DNA from: Oculina patagonica
Taxonomy: Eukaryota
Length of the DNA: 64,000 bases
NCBI RefSeq assembly: GCF_052425735.1
Contig: NC_135769.1
Coordinates: 28,086,001-28,150,000, forward strand
Direction: 5' to 3'
How positions within the stretch are numbered: the first letter of the stretch is position 1; each line of letters opens with the position of its first letter. Positions 49,012 to 62,930 of this stretch are shown piece after piece. Under the pieces are notes generated by a model that saw only the letters and a program-made list of their open reading frames with translations, was not told the origin of the DNA and did no database searches. The translations under genes and the position numbers were made by a program.

Positions 49012-49356
49012 TTAAACGCTCAACGTGAATCCGCTGTAACGTGCAGAAAACCCTTTTGTATTCGAAAATCAGACACCTACCTACAGTCTGGTACAGTGCC
49101 ACGCGAGCAGCAACGGAACCCATAGTTGACGACTCCACCTGGATAACCAATAAGAATAAACTATTAGTATCACGCAATAAGCAAACAGTGGTCACACTTT
49201 CCAACACAAATAAAGCATAAAGGCCAAAGCTTTGACAAAGTATTTATGATGCTCAGGATGGAAGGCCAGTACATAAACTGTACGGTGAAAAGTACTGAGA
49301 TATCCCTATTTCCGCTTTATACCAGTACGTTCCGATTATTTGCTCCTTTTCCTAGG

Positions 49357-52300
49357 TTATAGGCCCTTCCAAGCCTGGAAACAAAGAAGAATTCAGTCCG
49401 GTGGTATAAGTGCCAGTACCCCCTGGCCAGACTAACAGTACTAATATTGATTGGCTAAATATTACTTGAAGTTCTGAATTTTTTTTCAAGCTTCTTTATT
49501 CAAAACGCGTATTCGATCAATTCATTGCCGATGGCTCATTTATAGACATTTATATTCATTCCGCTTAGCCCTCCCGGATATGAAGCCCCTCCGTTATATT
49601 ACATCAGTAATTAAACCTTAGACTAAATCTTGGCTGATAGAGCGGTTTTCTCCTACTGTCGAAATACATTACGCGTTTGCCTTAGCTAAGGATTACAATT
49701 TAGTGGTTGGTTTAATAAGTACCAGTGCCACTTTCTAGACAGACTGAATCAGAAGTAAAACCTAAGACTAATCGAATCGCTCGCGCTACGCTATCCCTCG
49801 TTCCGTGCCGGCTTCATGTATTTCCATTGGGAAGCTTTAATTATTTACTAGATCTATCCGTGTCCATTGTGACCAGCCAGATTTTTTTTTCTTTTTGTAC
49901 CAATATTAACTTTTTTACTCCCCTCCCCTGTCGCTTTCTTTGCAACAATTTGTCATCCGTCTTAGCCGAGTTGTCCCTCTGATACTTGGTCCCATGGACA
50001 CAAGGAATTATCTACTTTACTTGCTTTAGTCACTTACCCCTTTAGAAAGTTGCCTTGTTAAGGGTTTTCCCTTGCCGACATCACTGGATGACTGCCTTGT
50101 GAAGGTTGTACCATACTTCCCCACCCCTCCCTCAGAAGTCTGTCTTGACAGTGGCCCGCCTGACGCTCTCTTCCATACAGGATCAGAGTCAACCTTCGCG
50201 TCTGACGACACCTTCCTGAGAGGTTCTTTGCTCGCTGGATGTAGGACTGGAGTCCCGGGCAGAGGAGCTTCTGCTGTACGAAAAGCTCGATGGGAAGGAG
50301 TCTGAGACGGGACGGCGTGACTCTCCTGAAAAATAAGAACAGTCACGCTGAAAATTAGAACAGTTACGCTAAGTTTTTGAGATTTGCGTGACTATCAATA
50401 AAAGCCACGAGAGAGATTGCAGTCCTCTGTTGACCACGTTTATAAGGCTTTGCCTAACACTTGCGTTGACTTGCATTCACTTTGATCAGGATCAAATTTG
50501 CGCACGTAAGTGGACTCATGTCTTTCCCCGTTTGACCTACCCAGCGCAAGTCAACACAAGTCCTGTGTTTACTTCACGTTCTGAGTTGCAGAGCGCGCTT
50601 TAGCATTAAAATGGCTTTTTTGGTCTAGGGAGGTGGAGTGGCCACGAGTCAACGCAGTCGACTGCACTTCCTTCGTTTTATCAGGCCTTTATACTCTGAG
50701 CCTCGGTTGACGCCCTTTGGGAGCGTTCTGCATCTACATCATTTCCCTTGCAACTTTGTCTCGACACTTGGTTGTAACATAAAATTGCAGGATACAACTG
50801 CCTTGTTTAACACACCCAAAGGTGAACATGTATCGCAAAATTGTCATTACAGTATTTCTGCAACGATTACGGAACGATTGCAGCCATTCGGGCACTTTAT
50901 CCCGCACCTGCGCCGCAAAATTGCGTGACAAGTAGCAATCATCACGCAACGATCATCAGGGGCAGCGTTGCGCGACGACTGAAATGTCTACTGACATGAC
51001 AGGCGGTTTAAAAGATAGGCTATAACAACCAACAGTAACGAAGCTCATTTAAGGGATGAAAAGCGCGATATGTTTTTAGAGAAACAGGTGCCCTAAGTCG
51101 GCGGACGAGTGACACACTCGCCGCCGCAGCAATTTGGAAGGTTGAGCAAACACTCGAAAAGCCAGCTTTCTAAATTTGATACGGCAGTTAATTTACTTTT
51201 ATTAGCTCACATGGTTATCTTTAGCCTCCTACGCAGACGTTTTTGGGCTCGTAGCCCAAAGAACGTCTGCGTAGGAGGTTAGCTTATCTTCGGAAGGATC
51301 TTTTCTTTTGACTGCAGGCCCCTTTAGTTGATCGCTATGCAAAGGGCGCTCTATTTTATCAGTGAATTTTACTGATAAAACACAAATGACACGGAAATAA
51401 ATCAGATGAATCCCTTACCATATGGTCTCCTTCTTTCTGTCACTTCAGCGGCAGCTGCTGCTGCTGCCTTTTCTTCTTCTTTAGCCATGGCAGCACGCAT
51501 CTCTTCTACTTCTTTCTTCTGTTTCTCAACAGTAAACTTAAGCTTGATATTCTCCGACCGTTGTTCGTCGTACATTCGTTTATAATCGTCGTCCACAAAT
51601 CCGAACGAGATCGAGTGCTCGGACTTGCGTCGTTCCAGCATTCGGACCTTTGAGCGATGTGAGCGAACATCTTCGCTGTGTTTCTGAAGTTCATCGTCCA
51701 GTCTTTGACGAAGATTTTTAATTTCCTCTTTGTGTCTACGTCTCTTGACCTCAAGTAGAGTTTCTTGTTCTTCGACTTTGAGCTCGAGATCTTTGATTCT
51801 TTGCTCTTTTTGCTGTAAATCTTGCGAGGTGACTAGAGCATTTCCGGCTGTTCCATTCAGCACGTTGCGTTGTTCACTCTTAACACTCTCAAGTTCTTTC
51901 TCGTGTCTTCGTTTCAATTCTTGCACCGAAGCGTCTCTTTCTTGTTTTAAATCTTCTAACTCTTTCTCGTGCTCTAACTTCTGCTCTTCAATAACATCCT
52001 CTAAGCCCTTGATTTTCAATCGTAAGTCTTCAACGTTCTGCATTTTCTCCTCGCCGAGCTTTTGTTTGTACATGTTGACTTCAGCGGCGTGTGCGTTTTC
52101 CATTTCTTCGATTCTCAAATCAAGCTCTTCGATCTCCAATCGTAAACTATCGTTCTCTGAAGCCAGCGTCTCCCAGTCACCCATCTTGCACTTTTCCTCT
52201 TTCTCCCGTTCAAAAGCGTCTTTGTACATTTTGATTTCTTTTTGGTATTTTCTGTCAATGGATTCCATTTCTTTCTGCATCTGGTAAATTTTTATGCTCA

Positions 52301-53482
52301 TATCTTCAGTTCTTCGTAGCCCAAACATGGTAGCCGCCTCGGATTTTTTCAAGCTTCTCTCTAAGTCGGATTTCTCCTTTTTAGCCTGTTTTTTGGTCTT
52401 TTCGATTTGGTCTTCGAGATCGTCAATTTTTGCCATCGCTTCCTGCAATAGGTAGAAGATATATTACTTTTAAGATTGATGTAACCTTCACTCGATAGGA
52501 AAGAAAAAAAACACATATACATATGCTACAAGCATATACTACAAGTAATCGAGCGAGCGTATGCGAACCGAAGTAGTCTTGCGAACGCAAAGAAGTGTTT
52601 CTTCTCCCTCGTCCATTTCCGCTCACACGCTCGTTCGCGTTTCTCATTTTCACAAGCTTCACGCTTGCACGCGTTTCGCTCTCGCTCGAAGAGGGTCTTG
52701 TTGCACTCTAAGACAACACTGAAGATACTAAGCAATATCAATGTCAGCCCAAAACACAGTTCGTTTGATATTAAAGAAACTACTGAAACATAGCAACGGA
52801 TTTGCTACCGACAGTTCACTGTCTACTTATACAATCTACTTAGAAATGTCATGTGACAAAAAACCATACCGAGGGAGGCGGAGAAGCTAGCAAATCTACC
52901 AGCCTCGTACAAATCTTATCCTAACTCTGAGCGCCCTTTATAAACAGTTACAGCTTGATAATATTTCTTATATTCTCCTTCCTTTTTGCTTCTGATTGCT
53001 AAGTAACATACGAAAACAATGAAACAAGTGTAGCACACCTCTAATGAGAGCTGTACTCCCGCATGGGTGATGGTATTTGTAACCGTCTGCGAGTCAGGCT
53101 GATTGGCGCCATTTGGTGACGTAGTACCACTCCGCGCCACTTGAATGGCGACCAGCATGTCCGCCTTGAGCAGGTTCACTTCCTCCTCGTGCTTGGTCTC
53201 TTTCTGTGACAGCTGTTTCTGAAACTCTTCTCTGCAGGAAGCTAGCTCCGACTCTAGCTGGTTGACTCGCTTTTGCAGTTGGGAATCACTCTGTTGAACA
53301 TACAAGGTACAGTTAATTTTCTCTTCACAGACTCATTAATAATTTATCTAAGAGAATCATAACCTTTAGGGTGTTTGTATATTCGTTCATAATTAGAATA
53401 GAGTCTACGATTAACCGCCGACCGGTTAGCTCAGTTGGTAGAGCGCCGGACTGTTGTGCAGGAGGTCTCGGGTTCGATACCA

Positions 53483-53523
<41 letters not shown>

Positions 53524-56500
53524 CGCACTGCCTTTGCGATGACTTCTGCAGATGGCTAGATGTTCTAGTCTTCTCGGATAAGGACGATAAACCGTAGGCC
53601 CTGTCTCCCGTATCTTCAGTGTTATATGGTCGGCAGGGGACGTTAAAGAACCACACACTTATCGCAAAGAGTAGGGCACGGAGTTCTCGGTGTTGTGGTC
53701 TGGCCTTGTTTCACGGGTTGGTGCTTCACATAGGGTTTACCCACATAGCGGTGAAACGCAGCGCCTTTGCGCAGTTCCTGGTCAGAGTTGTCCAAGCCAA
53801 AATTTTCCATGACTATGACTTACGATTGTCATATCTTTCGCTTTATACCATGCCATAGAAAATACCGTCCACTCAGAAAGTACAGGTTTTAAGCCGTTGT
53901 ATGGATTGGACGGTATTTAACTCAACCTTCCCATCGTGCGCTGCGATTGTCATTCTCGACGTTCTTTAGAAGGCGTACTATTTCTTTAGCAATTGTCTTG
54001 AAAATAGTTATACATCACTTTCGAGTCAATAGTTCTAGGCGGGAATATCCCACTTGTGACTTGTATTTTCTGCGTTATACACACTCGCCTAAAGGCTCGT
54101 GTGTACCTACTGCGCCAGTTCCCCTTGGACAGAATTGTCCAAGAAATATTGCAATGACTATGACTACGATTGTCATATCTCCGTATTTACCCCTTAGTTT
54201 CAGTTTACTTGATTTATTATTGTTGTCTTGGTTTGAGGGTTTTCCTCGGCTTTTCTCGTTTTTCTCTCCCATTATTATCAACACTCATCTGGAATTGATT
54301 ACCACAGGATTATCTTCTTCGCAGCCTTTGTTTGGGCTTGTCAAATTGACGTTATTTTACGAAGGTTGCACTTTATAGTCTTGCAACTAACAAATCTGTT
54401 ACCCTCGAATTCCCGATGGAATTGGAATTTGGAAGTGCTGGTTTTTGTGGAGGGAGAAAAACCGGAGAACCCGGAGAAAAAAGAGAACCAAACTCTCTCG
54501 GGTCCAGCAATCAAACCCGGGCCACATTGGTGGAAGGCGAGTGCTCTCACTACTGCACCATCCCTGCTCCCCCGGGAGACGCGTTGCATCACGCAACGCT
54601 CCCTCCGGGAGAAGCATTGCGTGACGACCCAGTTAGCGACTTTGAAGGAGAACACCCTTCGTAAACAAGTTGATCTACTTTACCTCAGCCTCTCCTCCCA
54701 CAGTCACAAGAGGCACCGCCCTAAATCTCTTGGCATCCCGCAGAGCTTCCTGATGCTCTTCTTGCAGTTGAGCGATCCTCGCCTCGTAATCTGCCTGCAT
54801 CTTGGACAGCTCTTCTGGAAGTTCTTTTGCATTCCTGGGCGAGGCAGATCCCTCCACATCCGCATATTTTTCCGATCTTATCGCTTGGATTACCGTCATC
54901 ATGTCGTTACGAGTTTGCTCGATCTCTCGTTGCTGTTTCTCCTGTAAAACGAACGTGGGAAACATGATTACACTTGATATGGATGAAATGACGATGAAAT
55001 AATAATATGTTAGTCAGGTTCAACGAGCGTAGGACAGTTAGTAAAACATTCAGAGCCTCTGATTAGGGCTGTCCCTAGAAATTTCCCAAAAAATTGCTCG
55101 AAATTTCTTTAAAAGCTGCTCAAAAAATCCAAAGCGTTGCTCGATAGAGTTCAAACCCGGCCTATGACCTGTCGCACACTAGCCTGCGAATAGGCTCACG
55201 TTTAGGAATACACGCGCGAGTGGCGATGCGACGAGATTGAGTCGAGTAGACCAGGGAGTTGCGCCTCCCCTACCCTCCCCTACACGACTGAGCCTGCGCT
55301 ACCTGCACACCGGCTGGACGTTCTAACTACTGAGGAACGCCTGTGTAGGTAAGAGGGTTCTTCAGTGACAGTCGTCCCGCCAACAAAATGACTAAGTCGC
55401 CAGGAGTTCTCCGGCTGTAGCTGGGTGGTTAGAGCACCCGACCACTGTGCGAGAGAACAAAGGATTTGTTGGATTTTCCCACGCTCGTGGCAAATAGCTG
55501 AATAATATCATATCAAGATTATATATACTTAACGCCCCCTCCGGGCAATTGAACTTCGAAGATCTTTGGTAGCATTTTGATCAACTTCGGATGAACTTGA
55601 AATCTTCGCGGGTACTCGGCCATCGGCGAAAAAAGATAACGAAAAATGCCCTCTGTCTTATCAAACAGAATGTAGTGATTTTGCTCTCTATATTTTAAGA
55701 TGATAATTTACCCGTTCAGTCTTGAGTTCTTCGTTGTATTTCCTGCTGAGTTCCTCTGTTTCTTGCTCCAGTTCGTGAATTCTGGTCTTGAGCTGTTGGA
55801 CATTAGAGTCGTCGGCCTTGGCAGGGGAAGGCGCCGCTCCTAAAGAGGCCTGGAGAACAACGGCCATGTCACGCTTCAACTGTTCCAGCTCTTCTCCGTG
55901 TTGGACCTGATGAATAAAGAAATTCTCTTTACAATTAAGCATATTCTAAATAAACAACCCCCTCCCCTCTCTGTTCGAGAACTCTTCCCAATACGACCAA
56001 AAACAAATTTCACATTGACAAGTGAGCTTTTCAGAAACCCGTGTAGTGCCTCTGATTGGTGGTTGCTCGGCCTTCAATTTTTGCGCGAAAATAACAACCA
56101 CCTAAAGCCCCAGTTTAACATTTGTCCAACATCAAATCAAGTTGTATGTACCGGCTACACGATCCAATATTGTTCTTTACGCAACAACAACAACAAAAAT
56201 TTGAAAATGTTGAAATTTGAAAATGTTGGACGAGAATTTTCAAACTAGGGTTGGGGGGGGAGGGGGGGGCGGTAGGGGCTTTACGATCAGACACGTCATC
56301 CAACACGTTGGATGAAAATATTCGATCGTTTAGCTCGAGCAACAAGCCGATTGCCGATTATCGCAAATAATTTGTGACTTGTGCGATAAAAGCATCTACG
56401 TTTGGTTGACCTGAAATCGTGCCCTCCCTCCCTAAAAAAATGCCTGATCGCAGGTTAACATTTGGTGGGAGACGCGGTGGCATAATGGTTAGTGTACTGG

Positions 56501-59500
56501 ACTCAGGATTGAGCGGCCAGAGTTCAATCCCTCGCAGGGGTCACTGGAGTGTTGTGTTCTTCGGCTAGTGGCTCTCTCTACCCAGGTGTACAAATGGCTA
56601 TCGGCTATTGGGGGGTAACCTTGTGATGGACGAGCATCCCATCCAGGGGGGAGTAGAAATACTTCGCTTAATGCTGCGGAAACCGAGATAAGTTCAGGCC
56701 AGATGAGCCTCTTGGCTCGAATGCAGACTTAACCTTTTTCATGCGAGAGGAGCAAACGGCTGTAAAATCAAAACAACACAACAAACCTTGAGATTCTCGA
56801 TCTCTTCCATGTATTTCTGGCTCATATTCTCCATCTCGACCTGTAGTTGAACAACTTCAGTTTGCAGACCATCTCCTCCGTCTCCACTGCTCCTCTTAAG
56901 TTTGTCCATCTCTCGTGAATGGCTTTTCTTCAGTAGTTCCATTTGACTTTCGTACCTAACCGACAGAACAGAGTTACGTCATAAGACATACATGTACAAT
57001 CAAACCACTCGTAAGCGACCTTAAAAACGTCAAGCCTACGAGGTCGCTTATAGTAAGTGAAACCGCAGGAGGCCTAAATTTTGTGTTTTTAAATGTCCTA
57101 TAAATGTAAGAACAAAATTTATCATCACATCAGAATTTTTAGGCGTCGTTTACCGAATGTTAGAAACGATAGAAAAATATCAAATCATCAACCCTGGAAG
57201 AGATCGCCGTCGCATACGAGAGGTAGTCGCTTGCGATGACTTGCGTTGGCTGGCCAAACGGACTCACAAGTACACGCAAGTTGTCAGAAAAAGCCATTTC
57301 AATGCTACTGTGCACGCTGCAATTCAGCACGTGAAGTAAACAGCAAGACTTGTGTTGACTTGCAATGGGTGGCCAAACGGAGAAAAACTTGCGTTGACTT
57401 GCGGGCAAATTAATTTTGATCTCCACCAATGTGAACGCTATTCATCGCAAGTCAACACAAGTGCACGCAAGTCCTGGCCAAACGGAGACGCAAGTTAAAA
57501 ACTTGTGTCTACTTGCGTCTCCGTTTGGCCAGGCCTTTTACAAGTGACGTGCTGGTTTTTGATTGGGAAACACTTTGACAGCTTTATAAAGATTTTCCAA
57601 AAACGGCATTTTTTCCTCCGACTAACGCACGTGGAAGCGAAAACTCCAATTTTAAACACAGAGGTCAAAACTGGTTAAACAGAGCGCACAGGAGTGTTAT
57701 TTGCTTACCTTTCGGTCATATCTTTCATCTCAACCTCCAGTTCTTGAACTCTGGCAGCCATTTCCTCGTCATTTTCTTGGATCACTTCCCGAGCACTACT
57801 TTCCAAGATGGCTTCCCGCCGCGCGTTCTCCAACTCCTTCTTGTGTTGTGCTCGTAATTTTTCTATCTCTTGCTGGTGAGAGGCCTTCAGCTCACTGATG
57901 TCAGACTGAAGAGTTATAACACGGGAAGTTAGCCGCAATTTCAGCTCGTCAGCCTCAGAGCTAGCTGCGCCGGAAACTTGTAGCGTTTCTTCGTTTAATT
58001 TCCTCATTTCGTCGTCATGAGAATCTCTTTGAAGACTAAGCTCTTCGGCGAATTTCTTCCTTGAATCTTCAAGCTCTGACTGGAGTTCTTTTACCCGAGT
58101 GGCTTCCATTTCCCGACTTTTCTCGCAGAAAGCTAGCCGTTCTTCCATTTGTCCCACTTTAACACTTTCTTGGCTTTCGCTCCCTTCTGGTTGAACATTC
58201 TTAATTTCTTCAACCATTAGCGTTACTCGGGATCTCTCATCATCCAATTGCCTCTCCAGTTCTTTAGAGTTCTCTTTTTCCTCGCCAATAGCCAGCTCTA
58301 ACTCCTTAATATACTTCATAGATAACTCCATCACGTCCAAGATGCTATATTTTTCTTTGTCTAGCTCTTTGGCTTTGCTGACCAAACTCTCTCGCGTTGT
58401 ATTGAGTTCCTTCTCTCTCAAGGAAAGATTGCTTTCAACACCTTCAATCCACTCAGCCGTTTCCTGTTCAACTGTAAGCCTTCTGGCCAACTCTTCAGCG
58501 AGTTCTATAACCTTTTCCTCACTCTCTATGAGTTTAGAGTTTTTGTCTTTGGCATAATCTTCGTATTTCTTGATTCGTTCCTCGGCTTCTGTGAGCTTCT
58601 TCTTCACCTCGTCGACCTTAAACTCGTCTTCTTTTTTGCTTTTCTGCAGCTCAGCGGAAAGAAGTTTTTCCTCGACTTCGTAATCTAAAAGCTTTTCTTC
58701 AGCAACTGCTAATTTATCCCTGCGTTCTTCGAGCTCGTCTTGTAGCACGCGAATTTTGTTTTCAAGATCACCAGTATTCTTTGAATAAAAGTCTTTCTCT
58801 GTCGATTCATAACTCCGCAATTTTTCCTCGTACTCTGCAATCCGTTCGTTGGCGATTGCAAGAGAAGATTCTTTGTCTGACAGCTTTTCTTCCTGATCCT
58901 TTAGTTCCGATTCCAGCTCATCGATGTGCCTTTCCGCATCCTCTCTGTAAACCATGAGTTCGGTTTTCCTTTTGAGCTCATCAAGTTCACCGTCCCTTCC
59001 TTTCAGCTTCCTTTGCTCGGATTCCAAAGCTTTTTGAACATCCTCGAACTGATTCTCAAGTTCTTCAAGGCGAAGTTTTCCACGGTTTAGTTCAATTTCC
59101 ATCTCATCTCGTTTAGCCTCTTCCTCCTTCATCAACTCTTTTTCTCTTCGAGCGCAATTTCTTTCCGTTTCTCTCAATTCGTCTTCTTTACGTTTCAAAA
59201 GTCGCTCTAACTCGTACAGCCGCTTTTTATCCGCCTCGGAATTTAAACTACTGGATTCTTTTTCGGATAATTTTGCTTCCAATTCATCGATTTTGTCTTT
59301 GTAAATTGAGATTTCCTCCTCCAAACCAACAATACGCTCTTTTACATCCCACCGTTCACCTTCATCAGTTTCATTCTCGGTCTGCAGAAATATTTCTCGT
59401 TCCATACTTTCAGTTAGTTCGCTTTCAACAGTCTGTAGTCTTTCTTCCAATTCTCTGTTTTTCTCGACTACATCGGCATTTCTATCTTCCAATTTCCTCA

Positions 59501-62500
59501 GTTCCTTGTGCAGATTCTCTAATTCACTTTCCCTCTTTTTCAAATCGTCCTTAACCCTATTACGCTGGCTTTTTAAGCTTTCTACATCCTGTTGTTTTTC
59601 CTTCAAGCTTTCCTTTAAACGATCAATTTCCTTGTTAGCCGATCGCAAAGCTGTTTCGTTATCGCTACGACTCGCTTCACCCTGCTCTGAAGCGCTCTCC
59701 ACTGAAGCAAGGGCTAATTTTAATTGATCAAGTTCCTCAACATAGGAAAGATCTTTTCTAGTTCTTGGTTCATCATCGCTTAAAGATTCTGGCCTTGCCA
59801 GCGTTACCCCTGCCTCAATTGACGTTGCACGGGCCGCCACAATATTTTCAGATGCAACGCGTTCTTTAGCTCTGTTTAAAAGCTCAACGACTTCCTTTGA
59901 AAGACCACCTTTTTTTCGTTCATCCGAAAGCAGTTCCAGTTCAGAAAACAATCGGCTGTTCTCCTCCTCTACTTTAACCCTTCTTTCTTTTTCGTATTCA
60001 AGTTCTAAGTTTTTGTTAACCAACTGGTTTTCAGTCTCGGATAGCTTTCTCTCGTTGTTGCTCAATTTCGACTCTAGCTCTTGTAACAGTGACCTGGTGT
60101 ACTTCGCAACCTTCGACCGACTTTCATTCGCTTTTTCAAGCTCTCTTGTCTTCACCAATAATTCTCGCTCATTTTGTTTTAGTTTCTGCATAAGAACAGA
60201 CAGTTTAGACTCCAAATCCTTACTATCGTGCCCATTCGCATCAGCTTTTAAACTGAATACTTGATCGCTCTCCGGCTCTTCGCCTGCTAAAATCAATTTC
60301 TCTTTGCCGCTTCCTGAGACATGTTTCACGGAGGATAGTTCGCTTTTCAAGGACTCGATGTTTGCTCTGTGAATTCCAATAATACTATTCGCTTCCTGTA
60401 GATCAGCTTTAGCTTCAGCAAGTTCTTTAGCATGGATAGACAATTTCCCTTTGTGCTGTTGAAGAAGCTTTTCTTTCTCTTCCAGTTGCTGTTTTAAATC
60501 GTTCACTTTGCTTCTGGCTTCGAGCAGTTCTTTCTCCTGAAACAGCAGTGCTTTTTGATAATCTCTACACTGAGAATGTTCTTTCTCCAACTCTTTGATT
60601 CTGTTCACCTTTGTTTTAAGTTCCAACTCAAGAATGTGTGCAGAATCCTTCTGCCTTGCAGATAGCACGCTTTGCTCTCTTAAACGCTGGTTTTCATCTT
60701 TCAGTTTTTCTAGCTGCAACTTTAATATTAAAAAAATAATATTAAATAAAGAAAAACAAACAAAAACGCACATTAAATTAAGGTAAATTTATCGAGCATG
60801 TTCTTATTATTTTGCACCCTTTACTCGTACTTTTCTTCTTACTTAATTTTTGTCCAGGTTCAAGCCCTGGCTGGGTTTACTGCATTGTGCTCATAGTGCC
60901 CCTCTCCACCCAGGTGTATGAATTGGTACCAGTGAATTTAATGCTCTTATTGCTGGGGGGTAACCCTCCATTAAACATGCATCCCAACCATGCATGAGGG
61001 AGTAGAAATACTGGTAGTTAATTATAATGCTTTATGAAAACCAGGATAAGCTCTGAACTGATAAGCGTCAAGGCCTCAAGGCCTCGGTGAACGTGGACTT
61101 TACCTTACTACTACACAGTAGCTCGAGTTTCCATTCAATAAAATTATTCTGCTGGCCTTATTTACCCTCTCCAACTCCCTCCCCCTCCCAAAGGCCAGAA
61201 ATTTGGGCCACTTTTCTCACAGGCAAGATGAACTGCAACATATTCACAATCCTAAAGCATTGCTTCATATTTTATGCTAGTGTTTGGCTAGGTGAGATAG
61301 GTACACAGGGCCCATAACAAGACCCTACCAGAGCCCCAGGGGGGTACTCCGGCTTGTAAATGACGGGGATGATCGAAGGATTTTTTTGGGTTTGAAATTT
61401 TCGATTCCGGGATTTTTTTGGGTTGGAAAATTTGGCAAGTATTTTTTTGGGTGACTTGATTTAAATTGGGGATTTTTTTGGGTATTGAAAACGAACTAAA
61501 GTGCCTTGGCGCGGCCTTGGCGTATTTATGGTATGATGAATAAACAAACACGATCATTTAATTTTTTATGGTATTCTTTGTGTTATATTATTAGCCCCTC
61601 CTGGCAATTTAGGGGTAATTTGACAAGCGATTTTTTTAGGTCTATTTTTGACCCAGGGTTTTTTTTTGGGTATGTCAGAAGACTTAGGGATTTTTTTGGG
61701 TCCTGAGTTTTGCCTCCATTCGTTCATCCCCGTCATTTACAAGCCGGAGTACCCCCCCCCCCTGGGACCAGAGCTCTGGCAAGTGTCCTCTCAAGAATTA
61801 TTCACTGGCTAAAATTCATACAGCTGCCTAAAAACGGCAGATATTTTTAGCTCCTTATATTGCTTTCTGGCAGGTGCTGCACAAGTGCAACCACCTACTT
61901 CAGATCTTATTGAAAAACCTGGGTACACAACATCCTAACCTATAAGACAGAAGGTACTACATGTAAGCTTACAGTATGTGTCCACTCACCGATGCTTGCT
62001 GTTCCCCGGTAGTCACAGTACTAAGAGGAGTGGTGCTAACTTTAGAGACTGAGGTTTTACCAAAGCTTGGGACACGTCCAACAGTAGAAGTTGTACCTGA
62101 AAAAGACAAGGAGAATCAGCTACAAATGTACTCTCATCGGCTGCTGCTTGTTCATACTCCAAAGTGAAACATTGCACAACAATGTCACACAAAGCAAACT
62201 TATGGCAATAAAAAACAAAGACATACATTGTACATAATGCTTCCTGTTTCCTGGAAACAGTCTTAAACATAATAAAAACTTCTCAACTGCTTTTGGGTTA
62301 AAATGTTATTCCAAAAAGATAACCATTGCAAATTTTTATTTGTTTTACCTTAAACAGCTCATCAACATTGTCTCTTCTGCTGATGGTGTTGAGCTGAGGA
62401 TTGAAGTAGCCGGCTGCGTGGCTTATACAACCCTGACAACTCAAGCTTGTTTGCATACTGTATACACGTCAGGGTATTCAAAACAAGCAAGCAAATGTTG

Positions 62501-62930
62501 GTGTTCTGCCAGCAACTTGATTACATGTCACCGGTTACTCTTGTTATAGCAATCAGCTCACAGGATATATTTGTATTTGTATATATCATGATGCCAGTTA
62601 ATGCAAAAGCACAAGGGATATCCATCTGTATTACTGTGTCGTAATTATCAGAAGGAATGATGGTGATAACTCACCTTGGACAAACACATCTGAGTCACTA
62701 GAACTACTTGAGCTTCTACGGGGAACAAATGCCTGCGACGCTTGGACAAATGGCTTGAGTACTCGTGACCAGTTGTCTAGCTCCAGCCTGTTCTCAGCCT
62801 TGAGGTAGTAGGTTGTCTTTCCTAGCTTCAGCCCAATGGAAAACGGTTCCCCAGTGTCTGCTTCACCAATGAACATGCCGCTACAGAAGTCAAGGTTGAT
62901 ATTACCATCCAGCCTTTCAGTTGAGCAATT
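49357..62930 (-). CDS. PH-domain + long coiled-coil protein, MPRIP/TRIOBP/outspread-like (5' end beyond the window)
   Basis: Exons on -: 62930-62675, 62096-61990, 60713-57709, 56955-56787, 55906-55712, 54941-54684, 53290-53039, 52442-51419 are phase-consistent. 50325-50038 and a probable last exon 49374-49357 (AWKGL*) follow, with a phase conflict at 51419/50325. [10 protein letters not shown]...[10 protein letters not shown]...LKAE...W resembles the C-terminal half of the first MPRIP PH domain as recalled; the rest is E/K-rich heptad sequence. Confidence 0.75.
53417..53822 (+). mobile_element. tRNA-derived SINE with a Deu/Nin-like core
   Basis: Box A TAGCTCAGTTGG, box B GGTTCGATAC, core CTCGGATAAGGACGATAAACCGTAGGCCC...GACGTTAAAGAACC...AAGAGTAGGG, (ATGACT)n tail, TACGATT on both sides. 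Confidence 0.8.
54340..54572 (-). mobile_element. tRNA-derived SINE
   Basis: Minus head GGGAGCAGGGATGGTGCAGTAGTGAGAGCACTCGCC...GGGTTTGATT, then GGTTCTCCGGTTTTTCTCCCTCC. Confidence 0.7.
56468..56737 (+). mobile_element. tRNA-derived SINE
   Basis: GGTGGCATAATGG box A, AGTTCAATCC box B, CCCAGGTGTA and CATCCCATCCAGGGGGGAGTAG blocks. A decayed second copy lies at 60855-61105. Confidence 0.7.
57230..57535. repeat. MITE-like repeat with recurring GGCCAAACGG/GACTTGCG motifs
   Basis: Direct and inverted motif copies. A related fragment lies at 50440-50600. Confidence 0.55.
61335..61766. mobile_element. G-tract-terminated MITE, 8-bp TSD ACCAGAGC
   Basis: TIRs and TSD visible; same family as 19923-20313. 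Confidence 0.85.

Noticed and set aside
51730-52287. Ser-rich + strand ORFs opposite coiled-coil exons (also 58342-60786)
   Set aside because: Antisense shadows of E/K-rich coding sequence.
53417-53490. tRNA gene
   Set aside because: Anticodon arm is malformed and the sequence continues into a SINE body and tail.
62349-62432. Possible extra 84-nt exon of the - strand gene
   Set aside because: Contains a stop in the phase-1 frame required by the neighbouring exons, which join cleanly without it.
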